This document shows, in pieces, positions 19,497 through 27,555 of a stretch of 64,000 nucleotides of DNA. The position numbers and the translations under genes are program-made. The notes under the pieces are model-generated. The model was not told where the DNA came from. It searched no databases and saw only the letters and a list, made by a program, of their open reading frames with translations. Within the stretch, counting starts at the first letter, position 1. Every line of letters starts with the position of its first letter. Source of the DNA: Patescibacteria group bacterium (GTDB lineage Bacteria; Patescibacteriota; Patescibacteriia; UBA10025; JAHIVO01); assembly GCA_041650915.1 (NCBI GenBank), contig JBAZKE010000001.1, positions 547,097 through 611,096 of the forward strand, written 5' to 3'.

Positions 19497-19904
19497 TTAA
19501 ACCCGACGAACTTTCGGGGCGCGGCAGCCATTATGCGGGATCGGCGTCACGTCTTTTATTCCAACAACGGTGATATTATTCGCATTGAACGCACGAATAG
19601 CAGACTCTCTGCCGGATCCTACCCCTTTTACAAAAACATCCACGGTTTTAATACCGACAGCTTTTCCCTTTTCAGCAACATCAGCTACGATTGTACTTGC
19701 TGCATAGGGAGTTGCTTTTTTAGGACCTTTAAATCCTTTATGTCCCGCCGAAGACCAGGCGATAATATTTCCTTGCTGGTCTGCTATCGAAACGATAGTG
19801 TTGTTATAGGTTGCCTGAATATATGCCCTTCCGTGGCTGATGAAGGTCCGTTTTTTTTGCTTTGATTTCCGTTTAGGTTTAGTTTGCTTCGATGCTTTTT
19901 GCAT
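19497..19904 (-). CDS. rpsK: 30S ribosomal protein S11
   Basis: ATYNNTIV, GFKGPKKATPYAA, DVTPIPHNGCR. Confidence 0.97.
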   Translation of the reverse strand: MQKASKQTKPKRKSKQKKRTFISHGRAYIQATYNNTIVSIADQQGNIIAWSSAGHKGFKGPKKATPYAASTIVADVAEKGKAVGIKTVDVFVKGVGSGRESAIRAFNANNITVVGIKDVTPIPHNGCRAPKVRRV

Positions 19905-19925
19905 ATAATAAATTGGATAATCGCA

Positions 19926-20318
19926 CTATGTTTTATCAGCCGACTTGCGCCTGCCTGATCCCATTGTACGGCGTACATTTCCCCGAACAGAACGCGAATT
20001 AGTTTTGGTTCTTTGGCCGTGAACAGGGAGTCCTTTCAAATGGCGGATACCTCGATATGAGTTGGTCTCTTTGAGGCGTTTAATATTCAGCAGAATATCT
20101 CTTCGGAGCCCACCTTCAACTTTATATTTATTTTCAATAATGTCACGAAGCGCATTTACCTCTGACTGATCGAGTTTTTCAGCTCTCTTATCGGGATCAA
20201 CCTTTGCTTCGGTAAGAATAGTTCTGGCTCGGGTAGGGCCAACGCCAAAAATATACGTGAGTGCCACTTCAATGCGCTTATTTTGGGGGAGTGTGACTCC
20301 TGCGATACGTGCTGCCAT
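19926..20318 (-). CDS. rpsM: 30S ribosomal protein S13
   Basis: ARIAGV, ALTYIFGVG, YRGIRH...GLPVHGQRTKTN. Confidence 0.97.
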   Translation of the reverse strand: MAARIAGVTLPQNKRIEVALTYIFGVGPTRARTILTEAKVDPDKRAEKLDQSEVNALRDIIENKYKVEGGLRRDILLNIKRLKETNSYRGIRHLKGLPVHGQRTKTNSRSVRGNVRRTMGSGRRKSADKT

Positions 20319-20327
20319 AAAGATTAA

Positions 20328-20441
20328 TTATCCTTGTCGTTGTTTATGCTTGGGGTTGCTACAAATTACATGCACTCTTTTTTTTCTCCTGATTACGCGG
20401 CATTTGGAGCACATCTTTTTTACTGATGATCGTACTTTCAT
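20328..20441 (-). CDS. rpmJ: 50S ribosomal protein L36
   Basis: Below the track cutoff; translated manually as [37 protein letters not shown] (37 aa, zinc ligands present). Confidence 0.96.
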   Translation of the reverse strand: MKVRSSVKKMCSKCRVIRRKKRVHVICSNPKHKQRQG

Positions 20442-20442
20442 A

Positions 20443-20700
20443 CTATTCTCGATAGGTAATTCTTCCCTTTGTTAAATCGTACGGCGTCATTTCTACCGTT
20501 ACTTTGTCTCCGGGCAATATGCGTATTTTAAACATTCTCATTTTACCGGACAAGTGCGCAAGAATAATATGGTCATTTTCAAGGCGTACTTTAAAAGTTG
20601 CTGAAGGTAGCAGTTCTTCCACGATACCGGTAACTTCAATAAAACCTTTCTTATTTTGTTTTGATGTTATGGATTTTTTTGTCTCCTTGCTATTATCCAT
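20443..20700 (-). CDS. infA: Translation initiation factor IF-1
   Basis: [41 protein letters not shown]. Confidence 0.96.
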   Translation of the reverse strand: MDNSKETKKSITSKQNKKGFIEVTGIVEELLPSATFKVRLENDHIILAHLSGKMRMFKIRILPGDKVTVEMTPYDLTKGRITYRE

Positions 20701-20865
20701 AACTAAGTTCAAAAAATTATTAAAAAAACTTGACTCGTAGTACTACAAAGGCAAGAAGTAAGTTTGATGCTCATTGGAAGTATTGATAAACTGAGTTTCT
20801 TGCCGAATGCTTGCTTGCTGATAAGTACGCCACTTATTGGAATGCTATAAGTGTTTGAAAAATGT
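20701..20865 (-). promoter_or_regulatory. Long structured 5' leader of the infA/alpha operon
   Basis: Inverted repeats GGCAAGAA (20750-57)/TTCTTGCC (20797-804), inner AGTTT/AAACT and ATAAGT/ACTTAT (20821-37), all between a consensus promoter and the infA start. Confidence 0.45.
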
Positions 20866-20871
20866 GAATGT

Positions 20872-20900
20872 ATTATATCCTCCGATTTTTTTTATGTCAA
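20872..20900 (-). promoter_or_regulatory. Consensus sigma70 promoter for the infA-rpmJ-rpsM...rpsI operon
   Basis: Minus strand reads TTGACA-N17-TATAAT, a perfect match. Confidence 0.8.
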
Positions 20901-20956
20901 GCGCAAAGGCTGCTTGCGACGGTTGTAAAGATTTTTTTGCGCTAATATTAGCTATT

Positions 20957-22783
20957 TTAAGAAAGAATAGCTTTTATCCGGCGAATTCCGCTTGAAGACG
21001 ATTTTTCGGATTGAATGTGAAAATTACCGAGTTCTGACGTATTCTTCACATGTGGACCTCCGCACAATTCTTTAGAAAAATCACCTATAGAATAAACAGT
21101 AACTTTCTCAGGGTATTTTTCCTTAAAGAAAGAAAGTGCCCCGGATTTTACTGCATCGTCATAAGGCACTTCTTCGGAAGTTACCATGTAATTTTTTTTG
21201 ATGATCTCATTAACGAGGCGTTCTATTTTATTTTTTTCGTCTTCAGTCAATTTCGAATGGTGCTCAAAGTCAAAACGAAGCCGTTCGGGATTGATATCCG
21301 ATCCTTGCTGGCGAACATGAGGGCCAAGTACCGTACGGAGAGCCTGATGCAGTAGATGTGTGGCTGTGTGGTACCGTGTCATCAACGTTCTATCACTATC
21401 GGATAATTCTTTACTGTTTAGACCATGGCCGCCAAATTTATTTTCCGCCCCTGCACGTGAAAGTTTTTGGTGCTTCATAATTTCTCGGTGAAATCCTTCA
21501 CTATCGAATGTAAACCCTTCCCGCTTCAGCCGTTCTTCAGAAATTCCATACGTAGAATATAGGATAAAAGCTTCTTCCGCAGTTAATTTTCGCGTTGATG
21601 GCCCAGTAGAAACATCATGCTTAGTTTGAGTCTTGAGATGAATGATTTTATCAGCAATTTCGTGCACATTGAGGTTGAGTATTTTTTGATATCCAGACAA
21701 TTCTTTATTCATTTTTTCCGCTAAAGAATTTCGCTCTCGTTTGATCATCGGGTACTGCTTCTCATAAATTGACGCAACAGTATCGACAATTAAGGTTAGA
21801 TTAAAACGGGGATGCAAGTACTGATCGAGTGCACGCCGAAAAACTCTTCGTAGTATATATCCCTGCTCTTTATTACTGAAATTAATTCCATCAGATAATA
21901 AAAAAACCGATGCTTTAAAGTGATCGGCAGCAATACGGCAGCGGATAGCATCCTCAATCAAATTTGTAGAACCAAAATTGGGATCGTCTAAAATTAATTT
22001 TATGAGCGGTGAAAAAAGATCAGTTTCAAAAATGCTTTTTTTCCCCTGAAGAATCAGCGCAAGCCGTTCTAGTCCCATGCCAGTATCAATATTTTTACCA
22101 GGCAGTTCTTTAATTTTACCTCTGGCATCCATATGGAATTCCATGAAAACTAAATTCCATAATTCCATAAATCTGCCACACTCGCAATTTGGAAGGCACT
22201 GTTTTCCTCGTAAACAAGGTTTTCCGGTAAAATCATAGTGGAGTTCTGAACACGGGCCACATGGGCCTGATTTACCGGGAGGGCCCCACCAATTGTCATC
22301 CTTGCCAAAACCAATAATACGCTCAGTGGGCAAATATTTTTGCCAAAATTTAAAGGCCTCAGTATCTTTTGCAATTTCACTGCTTCCGCTATAATATGTT
22401 GCCCATAACTGATGTGGATTAATTTTTATAATTTTAGTCAGAAAAGTCCAAGAAAGATAAATGGCTTCTTCTTTGAAGTAATTTCCGATAGAAAAATTCC
22501 CAAGCATTTCAAAAAAAGTATTGTGGTACGGATCTCCTACTTCTTCAATATCCGAAGTTCTAAAAGACCGTTGTATGGAAACAAGCTTGGTGTTGCCAAA
22601 TTGTTTTTGAGCATCCTTAATTCCCATCAGATATGGCTTAAATTGCTGCATCCCTGCTGTTGTTAAAAGCACTGATGGATCATCTTGAGGCCACAGTGAA
22701 GAAGAATCAACTAAGGTATGCGAAAACTTCTTATTTTTTATAAAAAAACTTATAAATTTCTGCCGTATTTTATTGGAATTCAT
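20957..22783 (-). CDS. alaS: Alanyl-tRNA synthetase (compact; no C-Ala domain)
   Basis: LLTTAGMQQFKP, HNTFFEMLGNFS, IDTGMGLERL, editing motifs HTATHLLH and ELCGGPH, ending at GIRRIKA. Confidence 0.95.
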   Translation of the reverse strand: MNSNKIRQKFISFFIKNKKFSHTLVDSSSLWPQDDPSVLLTTAGMQQFKPYLMGIKDAQKQFGNTKLVSIQRSFRTSDIEEVGDPYHNTFFEMLGNFSIGNYFKEEAIYLSWTFLTKIIKINPHQLWATYYSGSSEIAKDTEAFKFWQKYLPTERIIGFGKDDNWWGPPGKSGPCGPCSELHYDFTGKPCLRGKQCLPNCECGRFMELWNLVFMEFHMDARGKIKELPGKNIDTGMGLERLALILQGKKSIFETDLFSPLIKLILDDPNFGSTNLIEDAIRCRIAADHFKASVFLLSDGINFSNKEQGYILRRVFRRALDQYLHPRFNLTLIVDTVASIYEKQYPMIKRERNSLAEKMNKELSGYQKILNLNVHEIADKIIHLKTQTKHDVSTGPSTRKLTAEEAFILYSTYGISEERLKREGFTFDSEGFHREIMKHQKLSRAGAENKFGGHGLNSKELSDSDRTLMTRYHTATHLLHQALRTVLGPHVRQQGSDINPERLRFDFEHHSKLTEDEKNKIERLVNEIIKKNYMVTSEEVPYDDAVKSGALSFFKEKYPEKVTVYSIGDFSKELCGGPHVKNTSELGNFHIQSEKSSSSGIRRIKAILS

Positions 22784-22858
22784 ATTTTTATTATAGATTA
22801 TTTTCAGTTTATCATATAAGTTTATTTATATAAAATTTCATATGCGTCGTAAAATATA

Positions 22859-23932
22859 TTATGTTATAACTCCCCCACCCAGAAGAACATTTCTCAAATA
22901 AAAAACTGCGAACTGTCCCGGAGTAATTGCACGTTGACTATGCTTAAAATTTACACATAAAAAATTACCTATTTTGTGTACAATGCACGCTTGAGCAGGC
23001 TGGCGATAGCGGATTTTTACGGAACACTTTAACGGAAATATCGGTTCGTTTCCAGCAATCCAATTAGCATGGCTTACTTGGGTAGTTTTCGAGTATAAAC
23101 TTTTATGCCGTAAGCCGTGAGCGACTATCAATTCGTTTTTTCGATGATTTTTTTGCACAATATAATATGGGATCCCCCCGCCAATTCCAATGCCATGACG
23201 TTGGCCGCACGTATATTGCATCAATCCCTGATGTACGCCAATAATTTTTCCGGAAGTGGAAATAATTTTTCCCGGTTTAGATTTAATGTGCTCATTAATA
23301 AATTGTTTAAACTTAATGTTCCCAATAAAACAAATTCCCTGACTATCTTTTTTATTGTGCACATGAAGTCCGGCGCGTCGAGCAATACTTCTGATGTATT
23401 CTTTTTTATACATGCCAACAGGAAACAATGAATAACGCAATTGCTGCTGATTTAACAAAGCCAGAAAATATGACTGATCCTTGTTTAAGTCTTTTGCCTT
23501 TTTTAGGATATTTCGTTCGTCTTTTCCATGTAATTCAGTTATTTTTTGAACATAGTGTCCCGTCGCAATATAATTTGCACCGAGTTTGCGCATTTTATCG
23601 AGAAATACTCCAAATTTAATTTCACGATTGCAGAGCATATCAGGATTTGGGGTAATCCCGTTCTTATATCCATTAAGTAGGTAGGATACAATTTTTTTTC
23701 TATATTCATCCTCGAATATTTCAACCCGTGAAGGTATGCGTATTGTTTTGCAGATGATATGAAAATCTTTTAAATCCTTTTTCCAAGGGCATATACCCGA
23801 GAATGGATCGCTCCAATTCTTCATATACACACCAATTACTTTATATCCTTGCCTTTTCAACAGCAGAGCGGCAACAGAAGAATCCACGCCTCCGGACATT
23901 GCTACAAACACGTTTTTATTAATTTTTGGCAT
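22859..23932 (-). CDS. mnmA: tRNA 2-thiouridine(34) synthase
   Basis: AMSGGVDSSVAA, TPNPDMLCNREIKFG, ATGHY, KDQSYFL, DSQGICF, ITPGQ. Confidence 0.96.
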   Translation of the reverse strand: MPKINKNVFVAMSGGVDSSVAALLLKRQGYKVIGVYMKNWSDPFSGICPWKKDLKDFHIICKTIRIPSRVEIFEDEYRKKIVSYLLNGYKNGITPNPDMLCNREIKFGVFLDKMRKLGANYIATGHYVQKITELHGKDERNILKKAKDLNKDQSYFLALLNQQQLRYSLFPVGMYKKEYIRSIARRAGLHVHNKKDSQGICFIGNIKFKQFINEHIKSKPGKIISTSGKIIGVHQGLMQYTCGQRHGIGIGGGIPYYIVQKNHRKNELIVAHGLRHKSLYSKTTQVSHANWIAGNEPIFPLKCSVKIRYRQPAQACIVHKIGNFLCVNFKHSQRAITPGQFAVFYLRNVLLGGGVIT

Positions 23933-23988
23933 AGCTTAAACCATCTTTACAGGTCAATCTGCAGATATTCATTTAAAATTCAACAAAA

Positions 23989-25293
23989 TTATAAATTATC
24001 TATAACTTCTTTAAGAAATTTCATTCTTGGAGAAACAAATTCATCCTGGGTAATTCTAGAAGCCGCATACATTGCATTTTGTGTTTTATGTTTTTGCCGG
24101 TGCTGGTATTTTCTTGGATAGTTATTTTCGATGCTTCCATTAGGAAGTATAAATACGCTGTATTTTTTTAGCATTTCAATTAAGCTCACTTCCGGTTCTG
24201 TAAATCTCATCTGAATTTTTTTCTGAATAATATTAAGGCCGGTATCATAAAGAGCATCGCGATCAAGTAAAACACAGTATGGCAAATCAAAAAGATCAAG
24301 AACATCCGTATATACGTCAATATTACTCTTACCGTAAACTTGGATTACCTTAATATCTTTTGTACCAGTATAAAATTTATTAATTAATTCCCGCATTAAA
24401 ATGTGATCAGACGGTCCTTCCACGAGCAGGACTTTATCCGCAAAAAACATTTCAGTATTATCGGCATTAAGCTCCTGTCTCAGTCTCTCGTAATTTATCC
24501 TTTTTCCGGTGAGTCTTGGAGAGTGAACTTTAGTAGTGTCACCTTCTTTTGTTACGCGAAAAATTCGGTGTAAATTTTCTGGACGAACGAAATTTGTCGA
24601 GTGGGTCGTTAAAAAAATTTGATTATCCAGGTTTCTTTCCTCCAAAATACTTATAAGTTTCTTAATAAGTGCTGGATGGAGGTGCACTTCAGGTTCTTCG
24701 AGTAATAAAACGGAGTATACTGGGTGGAAGAGGTACAAGAGTATTTTAAAAACCTGCCGAAATCCCGCACCGAGGCGCTCGTAGGGGCGCGTGGCGCCTT
24801 CATGCTCAATCGTGCTTGAAGTGAACAGTTTTCTATCGATCATAATTTGGGGAATGTACTGCTGCAATGTACGATGAAACAGCTCAAATTGATCGGGATA
24901 TTGTACTACTAAACTCTCAAAATCATGCTGCACTTTTTGAATTGAAAGATGATCAGTGGCGCATATTCTTACCATACGGCTAGATAGAATTTCCTTGCCT
25001 TTGTCAGGTGAAATTTCTTTGTCATCAAGCAAAAATTTTGTAAGATCCGCGAGTTGTACCACGTCGAGTATGCTTTTTTTTCGATCGAGCGTCAGACTAA
25101 AACTAGCATGAATATCACACTCTGGATCATGAAGCCGGATGCTGTTTCCGTTGTAAAGCCTGTAGATTGAATCTAAAATGTTTGTTTTGCCTGCATTATT
25201 TGCCCCAATAAAAATATGCAGAATACCCAGGTCATGCAGAACCAGTTTTTTTATGCTCTTATACCTGTTGATGGTGATTTTTTCAAGACGCAT
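23989..25293 (-). CDS. OLD-family ATP-dependent nuclease (ABC ATPase + TOPRIM)
   Basis: Walker A GANNAGKT, signature LGAG, Walker B/D-loop LLLEEPEVHLHP, TTHS; TOPRIM motifs FFADKVLLVEGPSD and DRD, plus a distal GSIE. Confidence 0.85.
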   Translation of the reverse strand: MRLEKITINRYKSIKKLVLHDLGILHIFIGANNAGKTNILDSIYRLYNGNSIRLHDPECDIHASFSLTLDRKKSILDVVQLADLTKFLLDDKEISPDKGKEILSSRMVRICATDHLSIQKVQHDFESLVVQYPDQFELFHRTLQQYIPQIMIDRKLFTSSTIEHEGATRPYERLGAGFRQVFKILLYLFHPVYSVLLLEEPEVHLHPALIKKLISILEERNLDNQIFLTTHSTNFVRPENLHRIFRVTKEGDTTKVHSPRLTGKRINYERLRQELNADNTEMFFADKVLLVEGPSDHILMRELINKFYTGTKDIKVIQVYGKSNIDVYTDVLDLFDLPYCVLLDRDALYDTGLNIIQKKIQMRFTEPEVSLIEMLKKYSVFILPNGSIENNYPRKYQHRQKHKTQNAMYAASRITQDEFVSPRMKFLKEVIDNL

Positions 25294-25304
25294 TTCTAAA
25301 AAAT

Positions 25305-25757
25305 TTACGCATACAGTTTATAAAAAAAATCTTCCAATGCGCTACGTTGTGCTTGGTTTGGACTGATTTTAGTTCTCTTTTTTTTAATTCTTTTTATCGC
25401 ATCTTGAGGCGTAAGACCGTAGTGAAGAATATAGTATGCTGCAACTAAAGTTGGCGCGCGTCAGCGTCCTTCGTTACAATGAACATAGCAGCGCATTTTT
25501 TGTGCAATGAGGTCTTCAATAAAATGTGATCCGATCATGAGCTGCACAGGAGACGGAGCAGTAAAATCAACTGTCGGAAGCCACAAAAATGATTCAACGC
25601 CTGATGGTGAATCTTCTTTTTCCTGCTGAAGGTCAATATCAGCTTTAATCCCCTTTTTTAAAAGCAACTCAAAATGTTTTTTACAGCAAATGCTGGTGCC
25701 GATATACAAGTACGGTTCGATGCGCGTATAGTTCAAATGGCGTTCGTTGGTTGTCAT
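25305..25757 (-). pseudogene. Dual-specificity/PTP-family phosphatase with an in-frame TGA in the P-loop (150 codons if read through)
   Basis: YLYIG...PTVDFTAPS...YVHCNEGR-TGA(25461-63)-RAPTLVAAYYILHYGLTPQDAIKRIKKKR...SPNQAQ...*. The frame stays open and DSP-like to TAA at 25305. Confidence 0.8.
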
Positions 25758-25785
25758 GAATATCGTATCTTAATGGAATAAATTG

Positions 25786-25794
25786 ACTATAGCA
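25786..25794 (-). promoter_or_regulatory. Candidate extended -10 promoter for the phosphatase-OLD unit
   Basis: TGCTATAGT (TGn-TAnnnT) 28 nt upstream of ATG 25757; no clear -35. Confidence 0.4.
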
Positions 25795-25809
25795 TGTATA
25801 TGCATCATT

Positions 25810-25846
25810 AAAAAGGCTGTGGAGACAAGCTTGCGTCCCCCTCCAG
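25810..25846 (-). terminator. Possible intrinsic terminator after the VirD4-like ATPase
   Basis: Minus strand GGGGAC-gcaagctt-GTCTCC stem followed by acagccTTTTT, just after the stop at 25851. Confidence 0.4.
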
Positions 25847-25850
25847 ATAA

Positions 25851-27548
25851 CTAATCTAGCTGGATTTTTTGTCCTGGTTGGATTGGTTTACCTGGTTGTG
25901 CATGTGTTTCTGGAATGGATTTTCGGGCTTTATGCTGAAAAGGTTTATTCGTCCGAAGCATCGTCGGTGAAGACTTCATTGTATGATCAGTTATCTTACC
26001 CCTGCTCTTAAACGGTTTGGGTTGCATTGAAAACGCTTCGCTTAGTGAAATTTCTTTTTCCGGGCCTTGGACACTAACAGTTTCAAGATCACGAATAGGT
26101 ATATATTCCTTTTTTTTCTTTTCCGGTGGAAGTTTAGAAATTTTACTTATTTCAGGAGCAGAAAATGAGCGAATTGGAGGCGGATTTTGGCCATTCTTTT
26201 TTTGTGAAGCGTGGATTTTTTCAACAAATTGGTTATCCGCTTCTGCCATTGCCTTATGCATTTCGTGAACTCCGCTCCAGCGCATGATTTTATCTTCAAC
26301 AAGCTCTCGTGATTTACTATACCGTTCGCGTGAAACACTTAAAATTTTATTCTTGTTATTAGTTTTGCCTGTAAGCGGAGGCAGTGTTTTTGCGGAAAAA
26401 GGTTCTGAAGCTACCCCGTCTATCATCAGCTTCATGTAAACATTATACTTCGTTAAATTAAGAAGATCCTCCTCCATAAAAATCGGATAAAATTCTTTCG
26501 CAAGAAATTCAGCATCGGCGGCTCCGACGCGAAAACAGACAATAGTACCGATATTACCGAATACCGCGGCACGGACAGTCTCATCAAGCTGCTCGACGTA
26601 TTGATGGGCGATTATTAAATTAAGCCTGTATTTTCGCGCTTCCGATAAAATGCTCGCGAAGCTTTCAGTGGCAAAATTTTGGAATTCATCTACATACAGG
26701 TAGAAATCCTCTCGCTCATTTTCTGGTATATCGACTCTGCTCATCGCTGCGAGTTGGAGCCTGGTAATCATCATGGCACCGAGCAGAGATGAACTGTCTT
26801 CTCCGATTCTACCTTTCGAAAAATTAAGCAAAAGAATCTTTTTGTTATCCATTATTTCACGCAAATCAATGGTGCTTTTTGGCTGACCGACGATATTACG
26901 GATAACAGAACTCGATAAGAATTGCCCAACCTTATTCTGGATTGGGGCAATTGCCTCATTTCGAAATCGGTCATTATATCCGGCATATTCATCAACCCAA
27001 AAACTTTTTACAATCGGATCCGTGACTTTATCGATGACCTTCTTTCTATACTTTTTATCGACGAGAATGCGGGAAATACCGAGCATTGTCGAGCCTGGAT
27101 ACTCGAGCAGTGCAAGTATGCAATTATTGAGGATATATTCCATTCGGGCGCTCCATACCCCTTCCCATATTTTTGTAAAGACGCCCATGAGCCCAGATGC
27201 AACAAGGTGGCGCTGGTCGGGATCGACATTTTCCAGAACATTAAATCCGATGGGATACTCCAGGTCTGCCGGATTGAAATAGACCACATCATTAACCCGG
27301 TATGATGGTATGTAGTCGATAACCTTTTCAACGAGATCGCCATGCGGATCAACGAGCGCCAAACCCCGGCCTGCGCGAATATCCGAAATGACCATGTTTT
27401 CAATCACGGTTGTTTTTCCCATGCCTGTCTTGCCAATCAGATACATATGCCGACGCCTATCATCAACTCTAATGCCGAATTTTCGTGCTAAATTTCGAAA
27501 ATTCGTTTCGGCGAAGGGTGTTATTTCTCTTTCGAGGTCGGCTGTCAT
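25851..27548 (-). CDS. VirD4/TraD/TrwB-like (HerA/FtsK superfamily) ATPase of the type common in CPR
   Basis: DDRRRHMYLIGKTGMGKTT (Walker A), LVDPHGD, LYVDEFQNF (Walker B), SEARKYRL, AHQY; low-complexity C-tail. ATG at 27548. Confidence 0.85.
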   Translation of the reverse strand: MTADLEREITPFAETNFRNLARKFGIRVDDRRRHMYLIGKTGMGKTTVIENMVISDIRAGRGLALVDPHGDLVEKVIDYIPSYRVNDVVYFNPADLEYPIGFNVLENVDPDQRHLVASGLMGVFTKIWEGVWSARMEYILNNCILALLEYPGSTMLGISRILVDKKYRKKVIDKVTDPIVKSFWVDEYAGYNDRFRNEAIAPIQNKVGQFLSSSVIRNIVGQPKSTIDLREIMDNKKILLLNFSKGRIGEDSSSLLGAMMITRLQLAAMSRVDIPENEREDFYLYVDEFQNFATESFASILSEARKYRLNLIIAHQYVEQLDETVRAAVFGNIGTIVCFRVGAADAEFLAKEFYPIFMEEDLLNLTKYNVYMKLMIDGVASEPFSAKTLPPLTGKTNNKNKILSVSRERYSKSRELVEDKIMRWSGVHEMHKAMAEADNQFVEKIHASQKKNGQNPPPIRSFSAPEISKISKLPPEKKKKEYIPIRDLETVSVQGPEKEISLSEAFSMQPKPFKSRGKITDHTMKSSPTMLRTNKPFQHKARKSIPETHAQPGKPIQPGQKIQLD

Positions 27549-27555
27549 GGTTGTA

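Noticed and set aside
16700-25300. Apparently more AT-rich segment as a horizontally acquired island
   Set aside because: The content is mostly core translation genes with Lys-rich proteins, I could not compute GC or tetranucleotide profiles, and no mobility signatures were seen.
25461-25463. Genome-wide TGA=Gly recoding (code 25, as in Gracilibacteria/Absconditabacteria)
   Set aside because: rseP (DILRLF-TGA), the flippase, the Wzy-like gene and GTs end at TGA at natural C-termini, and no other gene in the window has an internal TGA.
25440-25463. Selenocysteine insertion with a SECIS-like hairpin
   Set aside because: The TGA aligns to a Gly position rather than the catalytic Cys, the hairpin is only 4 bp, and no sel genes are in the window.
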